From assembly GCA_035641275.1 (NCBI GenBank), contig DASQUN010000594.1, positions 1 to 35,713 of the forward strand: a DNA stretch of 35,713 nucleotides, written 5' to 3'. Position numbers and translations under genes: made by a program. Positions 20,535 to 31,274 of the stretch are shown in pieces. Below the pieces are notes generated by a model. It ran no database searches, was not told the DNA's origin, and worked only from the letters and a program-made list of their open reading frames with translations. The stretch's first letter is position 1; every line of letters starts with the position of its first letter. This DNA is from Candidatus Udaeobacter sp. Lineage in GTDB: Bacteria; Desulfobacterota; Binatia; UBA9968.

Positions 20535-21131
20535 ATGGAAGTGCATGTCATTCAATCCAGTCTCAAAGAAGAGATCTTTGGTGTAAAGACTCGACCTTCT
20601 CTGTTGCATCAATCCGTCGTCATGCAACTCGCCAATCGTCGAGCCGGCAGGGCTGCGACAAAATCCAAGGGGTTGGTCAGAGGGGGTGGAAAGAAGCCCT
20701 GGCGTCAGAAAGGTACCGGTCGGGCACGAGCGGGAAGTATTCGCTCGCCGATCTGGGTTGGGGGCGGTACGACGTTTGGCCCGCAACCTCGGGATTACTC
20801 CTATCGCATGCCTCGAAAGGCGCGCAAACAGGCGTTGCTCTCGGCCCTGAGCCTAAAAAATCGCGACGGCAAGGTGATTGTCGTGGACCGGTTCGAGATC
20901 GAGCGGCCAAAGACGAAAATCATGTCTAAGGCCCTGGCCGAACTTAACGTAAGCAGCGCGCTCATTGTCATCCCAGAGGCGGAAGAGAATATAGAGCGTT
21001 CGGCGCGTAATCTTCCAAAGGTGAAGGTGCTTCGCGTGGAAGGCTTGAACGTTTACGATTTGATGCGCTATGAGCATTTAATCCTGACGGAAGAGGCGCT
21101 CAGGCTCCTCGAAAAGAGGCTCGCTGCATGA
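20535..21131 (+). CDS. rplD: 50S ribosomal protein L4
   Basis: 198 aa with GGGKKPWRQKGTGRARAGSIRSPIWVGGG. Confidence 0.98.
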   Translation: MEVHVIQSSLKEEIFGVKTRPSLLHQSVVMQLANRRAGRAATKSKGLVRGGGKKPWRQKGTGRARAGSIRSPIWVGGGTTFGPQPRDYSYRMPRKARKQALLSALSLKNRDGKVIVVDRFEIERPKTKIMSKALAELNVSSALIVIPEAEENIERSARNLPKVKVLRVEGLNVYDLMRYEHLILTEEALRLLEKRLAA

Positions 21132-21418
21132 GAGGACCCCACGATATCATCCAAGCTCCGTTGATTTCGGAAAAGGGTTCGCTCCTGGCCGAAAGTACAC
21201 ACCAGGTGCTGTTCAAGGTCCGGCCCGACGCGAACAAGATCGAGGTTAAAAAATCGGTCGAAGCGCTTTTTAAGGTCCGGGTCGTCAAGGTTCGCATGGC
21301 GCGTTATCTGGGTAAGGTCCGGCGCATTGGCAGAAACCTGGGGCGCCGCCCCCAGTGGAAGAAGGCCTATGTGACGCTTCGAGAAGGCGACAAGATCGAC
21401 TTTTTTGGTGGAGCATAG
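21128..21418 (+). CDS. rplW: 50S ribosomal protein L23
   Basis: 96 aa with IIQAPLISEKGS...FKV...KVEIKKSVEALF. 4-nt overlap with rplD. Confidence 0.96.
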   Translation: MRGPHDIIQAPLISEKGSLLAESTHQVLFKVRPDANKIEVKKSVEALFKVRVVKVRMARYLGKVRRIGRNLGRRPQWKKAYVTLREGDKIDFFGGA

Positions 21419-21435
21419 AGGATAGAGGGTAGCAG

Positions 21436-22263
21436 ATGGCTATTAAGACATATCGGCCGACCTCGAAGGGCATGCGCTTTCGTACGGGTCTGACGTTTGA
21501 AGAGATTACCAAGACAACACCGGAAAAAGGATTGCACGAGCCGCTCAAACACAGCGGTGGGCGCAACAACACCGGTCGGATTACGGCCGACCATCGGGGC
21601 GGGGGGCATAAGCGTCTCTATCGGGTTATCGACTTCAAACGCGATAAGAAGAACGTACCAGCGAAAGTGGAAGCGATTGAATACGACCCCAATCGCTCGG
21701 CGCGTATCGCGCTGCTCTGTTACGCCGATGGCGAGCGGCGCTATATTCTTGCGCCCGAACGGTTGCAAGTGGGGCAGTCGGTCATTGCTGGGGAGGAGGA
21801 CATCGATATTCAACCGGGTAACGCATTGCCGTTAAAGTTCATCCCGGTCGGTACCGTGGTTCACAATATTGAGTTGAAAATCGGCAAGGGCGGCCAGTTG
21901 GTACGGAGCGCCGGGGGTGGCGCTCAGCTCATGGCTAAAGAGGGTTCCTACGCACTGTTAAAGCTTCCCTCCGGCGAGCTCCGAAACGTCTTGGCAGAAT
22001 GCCGGGCGACTATCGGTCAGATCGGCAATTTGGATCAGGAAAATGTCTCATGGGGCAAAGCCGGCAGAATGCGCTGGTTGGGATGGCGCTCGACGACGCG
22101 CGGTATCGCAAAAAACCCGGTTGATCACCCGCATGGAGGCGGCGAGGGGCGGTCTAAGGGGAATCACCCGATGACGCCCTGGGGTAAGCCGAGCAAGGGG
22201 TATAAGACGCGAAAGAACCATGCCTCCGATAAGTATATCGTGCAGAGGAGAAAGGCTCGATAG
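21436..22263 (+). CDS. rplB: 50S ribosomal protein L2
   Basis: 275 aa with [16 protein letters not shown]. Confidence 0.99.
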   Translation: MAIKTYRPTSKGMRFRTGLTFEEITKTTPEKGLHEPLKHSGGRNNTGRITADHRGGGHKRLYRVIDFKRDKKNVPAKVEAIEYDPNRSARIALLCYADGERRYILAPERLQVGQSVIAGEEDIDIQPGNALPLKFIPVGTVVHNIELKIGKGGQLVRSAGGGAQLMAKEGSYALLKLPSGELRNVLAECRATIGQIGNLDQENVSWGKAGRMRWLGWRSTTRGIAKNPVDHPHGGGEGRSKGNHPMTPWGKPSKGYKTRKNHASDKYIVQRRKAR

Positions 22264-22265
22264 CA

Positions 22266-22631
22266 ATGGCGCGTTCAGTCAAAAAAGGGCCGTTTGTCGA
22301 TGAGCATTTGGTAAAGAAGGTTGCCGCCATGAACGAGTCTCGCCAGAGACAAGTGATCCGTACCTGGTCGCGCCGCTCAACGATTACCCCTGAGATGGTC
22401 GGCTTTACCATCGGCGTCCACAATGGGAGAAAATTCATCCCCGTGTTTATTACGGAAAACATGGTCGGGCATAAACTCGGTGAGTTTGCTCCCACGAGGA
22501 CATTTTTCGCTCATTCAGGAGACCGTAAAGCAGAAGCCAAGGAGACGGTGGGAGCTGCCGCACCGATCGCTGGAGCTCCAACTCCAAGGCCGGCAGCTCC
22601 AGCGGGAACGCCTGCGGCCAAACCCCGGTAG
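22266..22631 (+). CDS. rpsS: 30S ribosomal protein S19 with about 28-aa Ala/Pro-rich C-terminal extension
   Basis: 121 aa. The canonical S19 core runs from [15 protein letters not shown] to [13 protein letters not shown]. The extra tail is [28 protein letters not shown]. Confidence 0.95.
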   Translation: MARSVKKGPFVDEHLVKKVAAMNESRQRQVIRTWSRRSTITPEMVGFTIGVHNGRKFIPVFITENMVGHKLGEFAPTRTFFAHSGDRKAEAKETVGAAAPIAGAPTPRPAAPAGTPAAKPR

Positions 22632-22697
22632 AAACGCTTTGATGCCAGGACATCCGAGCCAATTTAGCTGCAAAGAAGACGGTCAGCCAGCAAGATC

Positions 22698-23042
22698 ATG
22701 GAAGCACGCGCAATCACGAAATTTATCCGAGTCTCGCCGCGAAAAGTCCGGTTGGTCGTGGACCAAATTCGCGGCAAGGGAGTTGAGGAAGCTCTCAATA
22801 TTCTCACCTTTGTTCCCAAGCGCTCAGCGGGGATTGTGGCTAAGACTTTGCGCGCGGCAGTGGCGAATGCGGAAAACACACAAAGCGTCGACGTGGATCG
22901 TCTCTTTGTCAAACAAGTGAAGGTGGATGAAGCAGGCATGGAGAAACGATTTATGCCTCGAGCCCAGGGCCGAGCCACGCGGATCCGAAAGCGGCTAAGT
23001 CACATCACCATCATCGTGGATGAAGCCGAAGAGAGGAGCTAA
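22698..23042 (+). CDS. rplV: 50S ribosomal protein L22
   Basis: 114 aa with MEARAITKFIRVSPRKVRLVVDQIRGK. Confidence 0.97.
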   Translation: MEARAITKFIRVSPRKVRLVVDQIRGKGVEEALNILTFVPKRSAGIVAKTLRAAVANAENTQSVDVDRLFVKQVKVDEAGMEKRFMPRAQGRATRIRKRLSHITIIVDEAEERS

Positions 23043-23048
23043 GGCCCG

Positions 23049-23711
23049 ATGGGTCAGAAAACGCATCCGAAAATTTTTCGCCTAGGCGTGATCGAGTCGT
23101 GGGATTCCAAATGGTTTGCACGCCATGATTACCCGAAACTACTTCATGAGGACTTCCGCGTTAAGAAATTTTTAAAGACCCGTCTCTATCACGCAGGGAT
23201 CTCGAAGATTGAAATCGAAAGGGCGGCCAATAAGGCGAAGATCAACATTTTTACCGCTCGCCCCGGGATCGTCATTGGAAAAAAGGGGGCCGAGATTGAA
23301 AAGCTCAAGGAAGAGATTGCGAAGCTGACCGGTCGAGAGACGTACATTAACATTCATGAAGTCAGGCGGCCGGACCTCGATGCCCAGTTGGTCTCGGAGA
23401 ATGTTGCGCTTCAGTTGGAGCGGCGCGTAGCCTTTCGCCGGGCGATGAAGGAAAGCGTCTCGCGGGCCATGCGGATGGGCGCTCAGGGAGTAAAAATCCA
23501 GTGTGCCGGCCGGTTGGGCGGCTCTGAAATCGCTCGCACCGAATGGTATCGGGAAGGCCGCGTCCCACTTCATACGCTGCGGGCCGATATCAGCTATGGA
23601 TTTGCCGAGGCCCGCACGACCTATGGCGTGATCGGCGCTAAGGTATGGATCTTCAGGGGCGAGGTTCTGACCGAAGAAGAAGAACAGCAAAAGGCCATGC
23701 TCGGCGGCTAA
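23049..23711 (+). CDS. rpsC: 30S ribosomal protein S3
   Basis: 220 aa with [14 protein letters not shown]...KH-domain [14 protein letters not shown]. Confidence 0.99.
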   Translation: MGQKTHPKIFRLGVIESWDSKWFARHDYPKLLHEDFRVKKFLKTRLYHAGISKIEIERAANKAKINIFTARPGIVIGKKGAEIEKLKEEIAKLTGRETYINIHEVRRPDLDAQLVSENVALQLERRVAFRRAMKESVSRAMRMGAQGVKIQCAGRLGGSEIARTEWYREGRVPLHTLRADISYGFAEARTTYGVIGAKVWIFRGEVLTEEEEQQKAMLGG

Positions 23712-23764
23712 GGACGCTGTTCATTTGACAGTGATCGAAAGCTTCGTGAACAACGACCGCAAAA

Positions 23765-24190
23765 ATGCTTGAACCCAAGAAAGTAAAATACCGTAAGCAG
23801 CAAAAAGGGCGCCGCCGCGGGACCGCCCATCGGGGCTCTTCGCTGGCGTTTGGCGAGTATGGTCTCAAGGCTCTGGACCGGGGCTGGATGAGTGCGCGTG
23901 AAATCGAGGCCGCCCGCGTCGCGCTGACTCGCTACCTGAAGCGAGGCGGCAAGGTGTGGATCCGGATCTTCCCGGATAAACCGTTGACGAAGAAACCCGC
24001 TGAGACGCGAATGGGCAAAGGTAAAGGCTCCCCGGAAATGTGGGTGGCGGTGATTCAGCCGGGGCGAATTCTTTTCGAAATGGAGGGTGTTGAGGGCCCC
24101 CTGGCGCGAGAGGCATTTCGTTTGGCGGCCCACAAGCTGTCCATTCCGACCATGTTTGTGGAACGGAGAGGCTTAGCCCATGGAAGCTGA
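23765..24190 (+). CDS. rplP: 50S ribosomal protein L16
   Basis: 141 aa with [19 protein letters not shown]...[10 protein letters not shown]. Confidence 0.98.
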   Translation: MLEPKKVKYRKQQKGRRRGTAHRGSSLAFGEYGLKALDRGWMSAREIEAARVALTRYLKRGGKVWIRIFPDKPLTKKPAETRMGKGKGSPEMWVAVIQPGRILFEMEGVEGPLAREAFRLAAHKLSIPTMFVERRGLAHGS

Positions 24191-24389
24191 AGAGCTACGC
24201 GACATGAGCGTCGGCGATCTCACCCAGAAGCGCGGCGAGCTTCGCGAGGAGATCGGCCATTTGAAACTCAAAAAGGCGACGAGTCGGTTGGAAAATCCCA
24301 TGAAGTTGCGCGAGACGAAGCGGGATTTGGCTCGGGTGGAGACGATACTCAGGGAAAAAGTGCTCCAAGGCGAGAAAGGCATGGCATGA
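24180..24389 (+). CDS. rpmC: 50S ribosomal protein L29
   Basis: 69 aa with [14 protein letters not shown]..., matching the usual L29 N-terminus. 11-nt overlap with rplP. Confidence 0.93.
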   Translation: MEAEELRDMSVGDLTQKRGELREEIGHLKLKKATSRLENPMKLRETKRDLARVETILREKVLQGEKGMA

Positions 24390-24679
24390 GCACGAGAGGC
24401 TTGAGAAAAGAGCGCAGCGGAGTGGTGGTGGGTGACCGCATGCAAAAGACGGTTGTGGTCTCCGTAGAGCGGACGATGATGCATCCCAAGTACAAGAAAT
24501 ACTTGCGCCGTAGAACGAGAGTAAAAGCTCACGATGAGAGCAATCAGTGCCATATCGGCGATCGCGTGATTATTGTCGAGTCACGACCGCTCAGCCGGGA
24601 CAAGCGCTGGCGCGTGAGCCGGGTCCTGGAAAGGGCAAAGACCATTGAGGCGGAGCCATCCAAGGCGGCCGACGCATAG
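24386..24679 (+). CDS. rpsQ: 30S ribosomal protein S17
   Basis: 97 aa with [18 protein letters not shown]...HPKYKKY...AHDE. ATGA overlap with rpmC. Confidence 0.96.
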   Translation: MSTRGLRKERSGVVVGDRMQKTVVVSVERTMMHPKYKKYLRRRTRVKAHDESNQCHIGDRVIIVESRPLSRDKRWRVSRVLERAKTIEAEPSKAADA

Positions 24680-24714
24680 CGCACGGGTGCAAGCGGTTGG
24701 CTTGAGGTTGATTG

Positions 24715-25083
24715 ATGATCCAGATGAGAACGGTGTTGGACGTGGCGGATAACTCGGGTGCCCGCAAAGTCCAATGTATCAAGGTCTTGGGTGGGAGCAA
24801 ACGCAAGTACGCCTCGATCGGCGACATCATCGTCGTTTCCGTCAAAGAAGCGATCCCCCATGGCAAGGTCAAAAAGGGAGAGGTCATGAAGGCCGTGGTG
24901 GTGCGCACAGCAAAAGAGCTGGGACGTCCGGACGGAACGTACATCCGGTTCGATAACAACTCCGCCGTTTTGATCGACAATCAAAAGGAACCCATTGGCA
25001 CCCGGATCTTCGGCCCGGTAGCGCGGGAGCTGCGGGCGAAGAAATTTATGAAAATCATTTCTCTCGCGCCTGAAGTGCTGTAG
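24715..25083 (+). CDS. rplN: 50S ribosomal protein L14
   Basis: The ORF track starts at TTG 24712. The ATG at 24715 gives the canonical MIQ... N-terminus (122 aa), with GAGG 7 nt upstream. Contains [19 protein letters not shown]. Confidence 0.97.
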   Translation: MIQMRTVLDVADNSGARKVQCIKVLGGSKRKYASIGDIIVVSVKEAIPHGKVKKGEVMKAVVVRTAKELGRPDGTYIRFDNNSAVLIDNQKEPIGTRIFGPVARELRAKKFMKIISLAPEVL

Positions 25084-25099
25084 TCGGGGGAAAGCACGC

Positions 25100-25411
25100 G
25101 TGCAGATTCGCAAAAACGACAGCGTGATGGTGATCGCGGGTAAAGAACGGGGAAAGACCGGAAAAATCTTGCGTGTCGTTCACGATAAAGATGCTGTTAT
25201 CATAGAAAGAGTCAATTTAGTTAAGCGGCATACCCGTCCTAGAGGCCCGCAGCAACCCGGCGGCATCGTGGAAAAAGAAGCAGCGATTCATGCTTCGAAC
25301 GTCATGATCATGTGTGATAAATGCAATGCTCCGGTGCGGATCGGACGAAAAAGTCTAGCGGATGGAAACAAAATCAGGATCTGCCGACGCTGCGGCGAAG
25401 CATTGGATTAG
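25100..25411 (+). CDS. rplX: 50S ribosomal protein L24 (with C-terminal CxxC...CxxC)
   Basis: 103 aa, GTG start. KOW motif [19 protein letters not shown]-terminal sequence [28 protein letters not shown]. Confidence 0.96.
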   Translation: MQIRKNDSVMVIAGKERGKTGKILRVVHDKDAVIIERVNLVKRHTRPRGPQQPGGIVEKEAAIHASNVMIMCDKCNAPVRIGRKSLADGNKIRICRRCGEALD

Positions 25412-25421
25412 TGGAACGGGC

Positions 25422-25961
25422 ATGGCACGCCTGAAAGAGAAATATCGGGACGAAGTAGTCCCGGCGATGATGAAGGAGTTCGGCTATAAGAATTCGATGC
25501 AGGTGCCGCGGTTGGAGAAGATCACAATAAACGTCGGTGTGGGCGAGGCAACCCAAAATATCAAGGCTATCGACGCAGCGGTTGCCGAAATCGGCGCCAT
25601 CGCGGGGCAAAAGCCGGTGGTGACCCGCGCGAAAAAGGCCATCGCCAACTTCAAATTGCGCGAAGGCGTGCCGATCGGTTGTATGGTCACTCTGCGACGC
25701 GATCGTATGTATGAGTTTTTGCATCGGCTGATCCACGTGGCCCTGCCGAGGGTGCGCGATTTCAAGGGGATTTCGGACCGCTCTTTCGACGGCCGGGGAA
25801 ACTATTCTTTGGGTCTGCGGGAGCAAATCATTTTTCCGGAGATCCAAGCCGATAAGGTGGAAAAAGCCAGAGGCCTGACCGTCTCGCTCATAACCACCGC
25901 GACGACGGATCAAGAAGGACGAGTCTTGCTGAGACTCTTAGGCATGCCCTTTGCCAGTTGA
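25422..25961 (+). CDS. rplE: 50S ribosomal protein L5
   Basis: The ORF track starts at 25362, inside rplX. The ATG at 25422 gives [24 protein letters not shown] and a typical 179-aa length. Confidence 0.97.
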   Translation: MARLKEKYRDEVVPAMMKEFGYKNSMQVPRLEKITINVGVGEATQNIKAIDAAVAEIGAIAGQKPVVTRAKKAIANFKLREGVPIGCMVTLRRDRMYEFLHRLIHVALPRVRDFKGISDRSFDGRGNYSLGLREQIIFPEIQADKVEKARGLTVSLITTATTDQEGRVLLRLLGMPFAS

Positions 25962-25981
25962 TATAATGAGGGAGAATTCTG

Positions 25982-26167
25982 TTGGCCAAAAAGTGTCTTC
26001 GAATTAAGGCAGAGAGACCGAACAAGTTTAAGGTGCGAGAATATAATCGTTGTCCTTTGTGCGGACGCGCGCGGGCGTTTTTTCGGCGCTTTCGCATGTG
26101 TCGGCTCTGTCTGCGGGATCACGCGCGCAAGGGGCATATTCCCGGACTGATCAAGGCCAGTTGGTAA
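25982..26167 (+). CDS. rpsN: 30S ribosomal protein S14, short Zn-binding (type Z) form
   Basis: 61 aa, TTG start with GAGGGAG SD. Contains CPLCGRARAFFRRFRMCRLC and the C-terminus IPGLIKASW. Confidence 0.96.
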   Translation: MAKKCLRIKAERPNKFKVREYNRCPLCGRARAFFRRFRMCRLCLRDHARKGHIPGLIKASW

Positions 26168-26186
26168 GCGGTATGGGGAGAATAAA

Positions 26187-26591
26187 ATGGCAATGACGGA
26201 TCCAATCGCGGACATGTTGACGCGAATTCGCAATGCGGCCCGGGCGCGGCATCAGAAAGTCACCGTCCCTTGGTCGCGGGTGAAGGAAAATATCGTACGA
26301 ATTCTGATTAATGAAGGTTACTTGAAGGAATCAAAGAAGGTCAAAGCGGCTCAGGGGGGTGGCGAGGAGCTCCTGGTCCAGCTCCGGTTCGACCGGGAGA
26401 GTCGACCCATCATTGCCGGGATGAAACGTGTCAGCAGCCCGGGTCGAAGAATTTACGTCGGTGCCAATGACGTGCCGCCGATCCGTAAGGGTCTGGGGAT
26501 TCATATCTTGTCGACGCCGAAAGGCATTTTGGTGGATCGAGATGCCCAACGGGCGAAGGTTGGGGGCGAGCTCATCTGCTCGGTCTGGTAG
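26187..26591 (+). CDS. rpsH: 30S ribosomal protein S8
   Basis: 134 aa with MTDPIADMLTRIRNA. Confidence 0.98.
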   Translation: MAMTDPIADMLTRIRNAARARHQKVTVPWSRVKENIVRILINEGYLKESKKVKAAQGGGEELLVQLRFDRESRPIIAGMKRVSSPGRRIYVGANDVPPIRKGLGIHILSTPKGILVDRDAQRAKVGGELICSVW

Positions 26592-26609
26592 TCTCAATCG
26601 AGGTGTGGT

Positions 26610-27161
26610 GTGTCACGTATCGGGAAATTGGCGATAACTATTCCTAGCGGTGTCAAGGTCGCTCTTGAAGCCAATCAAATCCGTCTGGAGGGACCGAAGG
26701 GAAAACTCCAAACCGCCATCCCCGTGGGAATCAAAGTTCAAGTGGACAACAACGCCCTGCGTGTTGAACGCGAAGGCGATGAACGCAAGATCCGCGCCCT
26801 CCATGGACTGACGCGGAAGCTCATCGCCAACATGGCCCAAGGAGTCAGCCAAGGCTTTAGTCGCGTCTTGGAAATCAATGGTGTAGGCTATCGAGCCGAA
26901 GTTAAAGGCCAAGAGATTCATATGACTTTGGGTTACTCGCATCCAGTGATTTTCCGCTTGCCGCAAGGAGTGACGGCGTCGGTGGAAAGACAGATCATCA
27001 TTACGCTTAATAGCGCCGACCGCCAGTTGCTGGGCGAGATGGCAGCGAAAATTCGCAGTCTTCGGTCCCCTGAACCTTATAAAGGCAAAGGGATCAAGTA
27101 TCGAGAAGAGGTCATTCGGCGGAAAGCTGGAAAGGCGGTTGGCTCTGCAGGCAGCGCGTAA
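26610..27161 (+). CDS. rplF: 50S ribosomal protein L6
   Basis: 183 aa, GTG start. Contains [16 protein letters not shown]...[11 protein letters not shown]. Confidence 0.98.
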   Translation: MSRIGKLAITIPSGVKVALEANQIRLEGPKGKLQTAIPVGIKVQVDNNALRVEREGDERKIRALHGLTRKLIANMAQGVSQGFSRVLEINGVGYRAEVKGQEIHMTLGYSHPVIFRLPQGVTASVERQIIITLNSADRQLLGEMAAKIRSLRSPEPYKGKGIKYREEVIRRKAGKAVGSAGSA

Positions 27162-27178
27162 CGGGTCGAGTTCAAAAG

Positions 27179-27544
27179 ATGGGGAGTAACCAGAAATGGG
27201 TCGCGCGGACGCGCCGCAGAGAACGGGTCCGCAAGAAGGTGGTAGGGACGGATGCCCGGCCGCGGATCTGTGTGTTTCGCAGCAACAAGCATATCTATGC
27301 GCAGGTGATTTCCGATGACCGGGGCACGACACTCGCTTCAGTATCGACGCTTTCGGACGAGCTTGCCGCAGCGGCGAAAGAAGCCAGAGGTGTGGAAGTA
27401 GCCAAACAGGTGGGATTGGCGTTGGCGAAAATTTGCAAAGAAAAGAATATTACGCGCGTGGTTTTTGATCGAAACGGCTTTCTGTTCCACGGGCGGGTGA
27501 AAGCCGTGGCGGACGGTGTCCGTGAGGGTGGACTAGAAATTTAA
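27179..27544 (+). CDS. rplR: 50S ribosomal protein L18
   Basis: 121 aa with [18 protein letters not shown]...[25 protein letters not shown]. Confidence 0.98.
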   Translation: MGSNQKWVARTRRRERVRKKVVGTDARPRICVFRSNKHIYAQVISDDRGTTLASVSTLSDELAAAAKEARGVEVAKQVGLALAKICKEKNITRVVFDRNGFLFHGRVKAVADGVREGGLEI

Positions 27545-27563
27545 GTAGAAACGTGAGGTCGTT

Positions 27564-28061
27564 TTGGAACGGATTGATGCGCAGGGTTTGGAACTAAAAG
27601 AGAAGGTGGTTCACATCAGTCGAGTGGCCAAAGTCGTGAAGGGCGGCCGCCGGTTCAGTTTTAGCGCGCTCGTGGTGGTCGGGGACAACCATTCGGTTGT
27701 TGGCTATGGAATGGGTAAAGCCAATGAAGTGCCCGAAGCGATCCGTAAGGGACTTGAGCAGGCGAAAAAGAATCTGATCCGGGTTCCGATCATGGACGGG
27801 ACGATCCCCTATGAGGTCAGCGGCAGGTTTGGAGCCGGCTACGTTATCCTGAAACCGGCGTCCGATGGCACTGGAGTTATCGCCGGAGGTGGCGTTCGCG
27901 CGGTGGTCGAAGCCTCCGGGATTCAAAATGTACTGACCAAGTGTCTCGGCTCCAACAACCCGCATAATATGGTCAAGGCGACATTCGAGGCGCTACGAGA
28001 TCTTCGTGCCCCTGAAGAAATTGCCGACCGAAGAGGAAAAGCATTGGCGGAGATTCGTTAA
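27564..28061 (+). CDS. rpsE: 30S ribosomal protein S5
   Basis: 165 aa, TTG start with GTGAGG SD. Contains [27 protein letters not shown]. Confidence 0.97.
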   Translation: MERIDAQGLELKEKVVHISRVAKVVKGGRRFSFSALVVVGDNHSVVGYGMGKANEVPEAIRKGLEQAKKNLIRVPIMDGTIPYEVSGRFGAGYVILKPASDGTGVIAGGGVRAVVEASGIQNVLTKCLGSNNPHNMVKATFEALRDLRAPEEIADRRGKALAEIR

Positions 28062-28063
28062 TT

Positions 28064-28516
28064 ATGAAGTTACAAGATCTGAGACCCGCGGCGGGTTCGA
28101 ACAAAAAGCCCAAGCGCGTCGGTCGTGGAGATGGTTCGGGCCATGGAAAGACTTCCTGCCGGGGGCACAAGGGACAAGGAGCCCGGTCGGGAGGGGGGAC
28201 GAGACCGGGATTCGAAGGCGGTCAGATGCCGCTTCAGCGGCGTCTTCCGAAGCGCGGCTTTCATAATCCATTTCGGATGAAGACGTCAGTGATCAATCTG
28301 GATCAACTTGAAATTTTTCCCGCGGGCAGTGAAGTGACTGCTGAATCGCTGGCTGAGCAGGGGCTCGTCCGAGGAAAAAACAAACGGATCAAGATTCTGG
28401 GCGATGGTTCACTGTCCAAAGCCTTGACAGTGAAAGTCCACGGATTTTCCGCCAAAGCGAAAGAAAAGATCGAAGCTTCTGGTGGAAAAGCGGAGTTGAT
28501 AGGCATCCATGCTTAG
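28064..28516 (+). CDS. rplO: 50S ribosomal protein L15
   Basis: 150 aa with [28 protein letters not shown]. It starts 2 nt after the rpsE stop, so no rpmD lies between them. Confidence 0.98.
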   Translation: MKLQDLRPAAGSNKKPKRVGRGDGSGHGKTSCRGHKGQGARSGGGTRPGFEGGQMPLQRRLPKRGFHNPFRMKTSVINLDQLEIFPAGSEVTAESLAEQGLVRGKNKRIKILGDGSLSKALTVKVHGFSAKAKEKIEASGGKAELIGIHA

Positions 28517-29819
28517 TGGTTTTCAGAACGCAGCGCGAGTTCCCGAGCTCAAACGACGCGTGCTTTTCACCCTGGCGATGCTGGCCGTCTATCGTCTGGG
28601 TGTGCACGTTCCCACGCCGGGCATCGATCGTCACGCGATGGCCGCTTTTTTCGAGCAGCAAAAGAGCGGTCTGTTAGGTTTTCTCAATCTGTTTTCCGGG
28701 GGAGCTCTGGAACAGTTTTCAGTTTTTTCATTGGGCATTATGCCTTACATCAGCGCTTCGATTATCTTGCAACTTCTCACCGTGGTCTTCCCGTATTTGG
28801 AACGGCTGTCGAAGGAAGGTGAGGTGGGGCGGCGCAAAATTACCCAGTATACCCGTTATGGAACCGTCGTTCTTTCGATCATCCAGGGAATGATGATCAG
28901 TATGGGGCTGGAGGGGACGCATGGGCCGGGTGGCCACAGCCTCGTGTTGAATCCTGGATGGGGGTTTCGCCTGATGACCGTTATTACATTGACGTCCGGT
29001 ACCGCCTTTATCATGTGGCTGGGCGAACAGATTACCGAACGCGGCATTGGAAATGGTATCTCCTTAGTCATCTTTGCGGGAATCGTTGCGGGACTACCCT
29101 CCGCGGTATTCACGACCATGGAGTTTGTTCGTGAAGGCGAACTGGGGCCATTGATCGCATTGTTAATCCTCGTCCTGAGCATCATTGTTGTGGGGGCGAT
29201 TATCTTTGTTGAACGAGGCCAGCGTCGTATCCCGGTGCAGTACGCGAAGCGGGTTGTCGGGCGAAAAATGTACGGGGGACAAAGCTCGCATATACCGCTC
29301 AAAATCAACACGGCCAACGTGATCCCCCCTATTTTTGCTTCGTCTATTCTTATTTTTCCGGCGACCTTGGCGCAATTTGCCAACTATCCGTGGGTGCAGA
29401 CGGTGGCGGGTATGCTGAGTCCCGGTCGGTGGTTGCATGACGTGGTGTTCGTGGTATTGATCATCTTTTTCGCGTTCTTCTACACTGCGGTCGTGTTTAA
29501 CCCAACGGATGTCGCCGAGAATATGAAAAAATTCGGCGGTTACATCCCCGGCATACGACCCGGGCAGAAAACCGCAGAGTTCATCGAGCGTGTGCTTTCG
29601 CGCATCACTTTGAGCGGAGCGATTTACTTGTGCATCGTCTGTCTCCTTCCGACGCTTTTGGTTGGACAATTGAACGTTCCTTTTTATTTCGGTGGAACGG
29701 CGCTTTTGATCGTCGTCGGAGTTGCCTTGGACACGGTAGCGCAGATGGAGACCCATTTGATTACCCGTAACTATGAGGGATTCATGAAGCGAGGGCGATT
29801 GCGGGGGCGAAGGGGTTAA
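28509..29819 (+). CDS. secY: Preprotein translocase subunit SecY
   Basis: 436 aa, polytopic. Contains [18 protein letters not shown] and [16 protein letters not shown]. Confidence 0.99.
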   Translation: MLSGFQNAARVPELKRRVLFTLAMLAVYRLGVHVPTPGIDRHAMAAFFEQQKSGLLGFLNLFSGGALEQFSVFSLGIMPYISASIILQLLTVVFPYLERLSKEGEVGRRKITQYTRYGTVVLSIIQGMMISMGLEGTHGPGGHSLVLNPGWGFRLMTVITLTSGTAFIMWLGEQITERGIGNGISLVIFAGIVAGLPSAVFTTMEFVREGELGPLIALLILVLSIIVVGAIIFVERGQRRIPVQYAKRVVGRKMYGGQSSHIPLKINTANVIPPIFASSILIFPATLAQFANYPWVQTVAGMLSPGRWLHDVVFVVLIIFFAFFYTAVVFNPTDVAENMKKFGGYIPGIRPGQKTAEFIERVLSRITLSGAIYLCIVCLLPTLLVGQLNVPFYFGGTALLIVVGVALDTVAQMETHLITRNYEGFMKRGRLRGRRG

Positions 29820-29822
29820 AGA

Positions 29823-30485
29823 TTGGCCAGTGTACGCGTGGTGCTACTGGGTCCTCCCGGGGCAGGCAAAGGGACTCAAGCGAAACTGCTTCAGGAACGG
29901 TTCAAAGCCTGTCAGGTATCGACGGGCGACATCCTGAGAAAGGCAGTTGCCGAACAGACCCCGCTGGGCAAACAAGCAGCGCAATATATTAAGCAAGGGG
30001 CATTGGTTCCCGACCCCTTGATTGTAAACTTAGTTGCTGAACGGCTACAGGACAAGGATTGCGAGAAGGGATTCATTCTCGACGGCTTTCCGAGAACTAT
30101 CTCTCAGGCGGAGAGTCTTGACGAGATCCTAACGAGGATGGGCTTGACGCTGGATCGTGTTTTGTCTGTCCAGGTTCCTCACAGCGTTATCGTTCAGAGG
30201 TTGGCAGGACGGCGCACCTGCAAGGGTTGTGGTGCTCTTTATCATTTGACTCTGGACCCTCCCGACAAGGAAGGAGTTTGCGACCGATGTGGTGGAGAGC
30301 TCTATCAAAGGGACGATGATCGGGAAGAGACGATTACCGCTCGTCTCAAGGTCTACGAAACTCAAACGGCGCCTTTGATGAATTACTACCGGGAGCGTGG
30401 TCTGTTAAGGGATATCGATGGGGTCGGCAAAGTGGATGAGATTCGCAGCCGAGTCATCGAGGTTTTAGAGGACCGGGCAACGTGA
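29823..30485 (+). CDS. adk: Adenylate kinase (long form with Zn-binding lid)
   Basis: 220 aa. P-loop LLGPPGAGKGTQ and lid CKGCGALYHL...CDRCGGEL. TTG start with AAGGGG SD; an in-frame GTG at 29838 is an alternative start. Confidence 0.96.
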   Translation: MASVRVVLLGPPGAGKGTQAKLLQERFKACQVSTGDILRKAVAEQTPLGKQAAQYIKQGALVPDPLIVNLVAERLQDKDCEKGFILDGFPRTISQAESLDEILTRMGLTLDRVLSVQVPHSVIVQRLAGRRTCKGCGALYHLTLDPPDKEGVCDRCGGELYQRDDDREETITARLKVYETQTAPLMNYYRERGLLRDIDGVGKVDEIRSRVIEVLEDRAT

Positions 30486-31240
30486 TTTCACTCAAGTCGG
30501 CTCGAGAAATCGAGATCATGAGGCAGGCGAACGTGATCGTTGCAGAGATTCTTCAAGAACTGAAGCAGAAGGTTGCCCCTGGAGTCACGACCCTGCAACT
30601 CGATGAGCTGGCGGAAGAGCTGACGTTAAAGAAGAGGGCGGTACCTGCTTTTAAGGGATATGCCGTCGCTGGTCGAGTTTTTCCTCGCACTCTCTGTGTT
30701 TCGATTAACGAAGAAATCGTCCACGGAATCCCGTCAGAGCGGGAGCTGCGAGAAGGTGACATTGTGGGCTTGGACTTTGGCGTGGTCTACAACGGTTTTT
30801 ATGGCGACTCGGCGATTACCGTCGGGGTGGGGCACGTGACCGATGAGGCCAAGCGATTGATGGCGGTCACCGAGTTATCTTTGTATCGGGGTATCGAGCA
30901 ACTGTTCGAGGGGAAACGGTTGGGTGACTTGGGATCGGCTGTTCAGAAGACCGCGGAGGATGCTGGGTTTTCAGTCGTGCGTGCTTTTGTGGGCCATGGC
31001 ATTGGGAAGAGGCTGCACGAAGAGCCGCCCGTCCCGAATTACGGTGAGCCTGACCGGGGACTTCGGTTAAGAGAAGGCATGGTGTTGGCCATAGAACCAA
31101 TGGTCAACGCTGGAAGTTACGAAGTGGAAATTAAAGATGATGGATGGACCGCGGTGACGAAGGACGGCAGCTTGGCCGCCCATTTCGAGCACTCGGTGGC
31201 TATTACGAAAGACGGGCCTTACATTTTGAGTCAGCTCTAG
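30482..31240 (+). CDS. map: Methionine aminopeptidase, type I
   Basis: 252 aa, GTG start overlapping adk by 4 nt. Contains metal-ligand contexts [32 protein letters not shown] and HFEHSV. Confidence 0.97.
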   Translation: MISLKSAREIEIMRQANVIVAEILQELKQKVAPGVTTLQLDELAEELTLKKRAVPAFKGYAVAGRVFPRTLCVSINEEIVHGIPSERELREGDIVGLDFGVVYNGFYGDSAITVGVGHVTDEAKRLMAVTELSLYRGIEQLFEGKRLGDLGSAVQKTAEDAGFSVVRAFVGHGIGKRLHEEPPVPNYGEPDRGLRLREGMVLAIEPMVNAGSYEVEIKDDGWTAVTKDGSLAAHFEHSVAITKDGPYILSQL

Positions 31241-31274
31241 TTTGAAGCCGTACCCGAATTCGGCGCAAATTCCT

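Noticed and set aside
20513-20929. 138-aa plus-strand ORF out of frame with rplD, and 165-aa ORF 22423-22920 spanning rpsS/rplV.
   Set aside because: These are alternative-frame ORFs inside conserved r-protein genes. Their composition is Arg/Ser-rich and they have no motifs or translation signals.
23725-23730. TTGACA hexamer in the rpsC-rplP spacer.
   Set aside because: No -10-like hexamer lies 16-19 nt downstream (GAACAA), so it is probably a chance match inside an operon.
26613-27332. 239-aa minus-strand ORF antisense to rplF/rplR. Similar long antisense ORFs occur at 24544-25113, 29163-29756, 17473-18042, 8722-9243, 15404-15916 and 32880-33431.
   Set aside because: All lie fully inside highly conserved sense-strand genes. 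Their translations are Arg/Ser/Pro/Cys-rich low-complexity sequences with no recognisable motifs, SD or independent intergenic context. They are the expected shadow ORFs of moderately GC-rich coding DNA.
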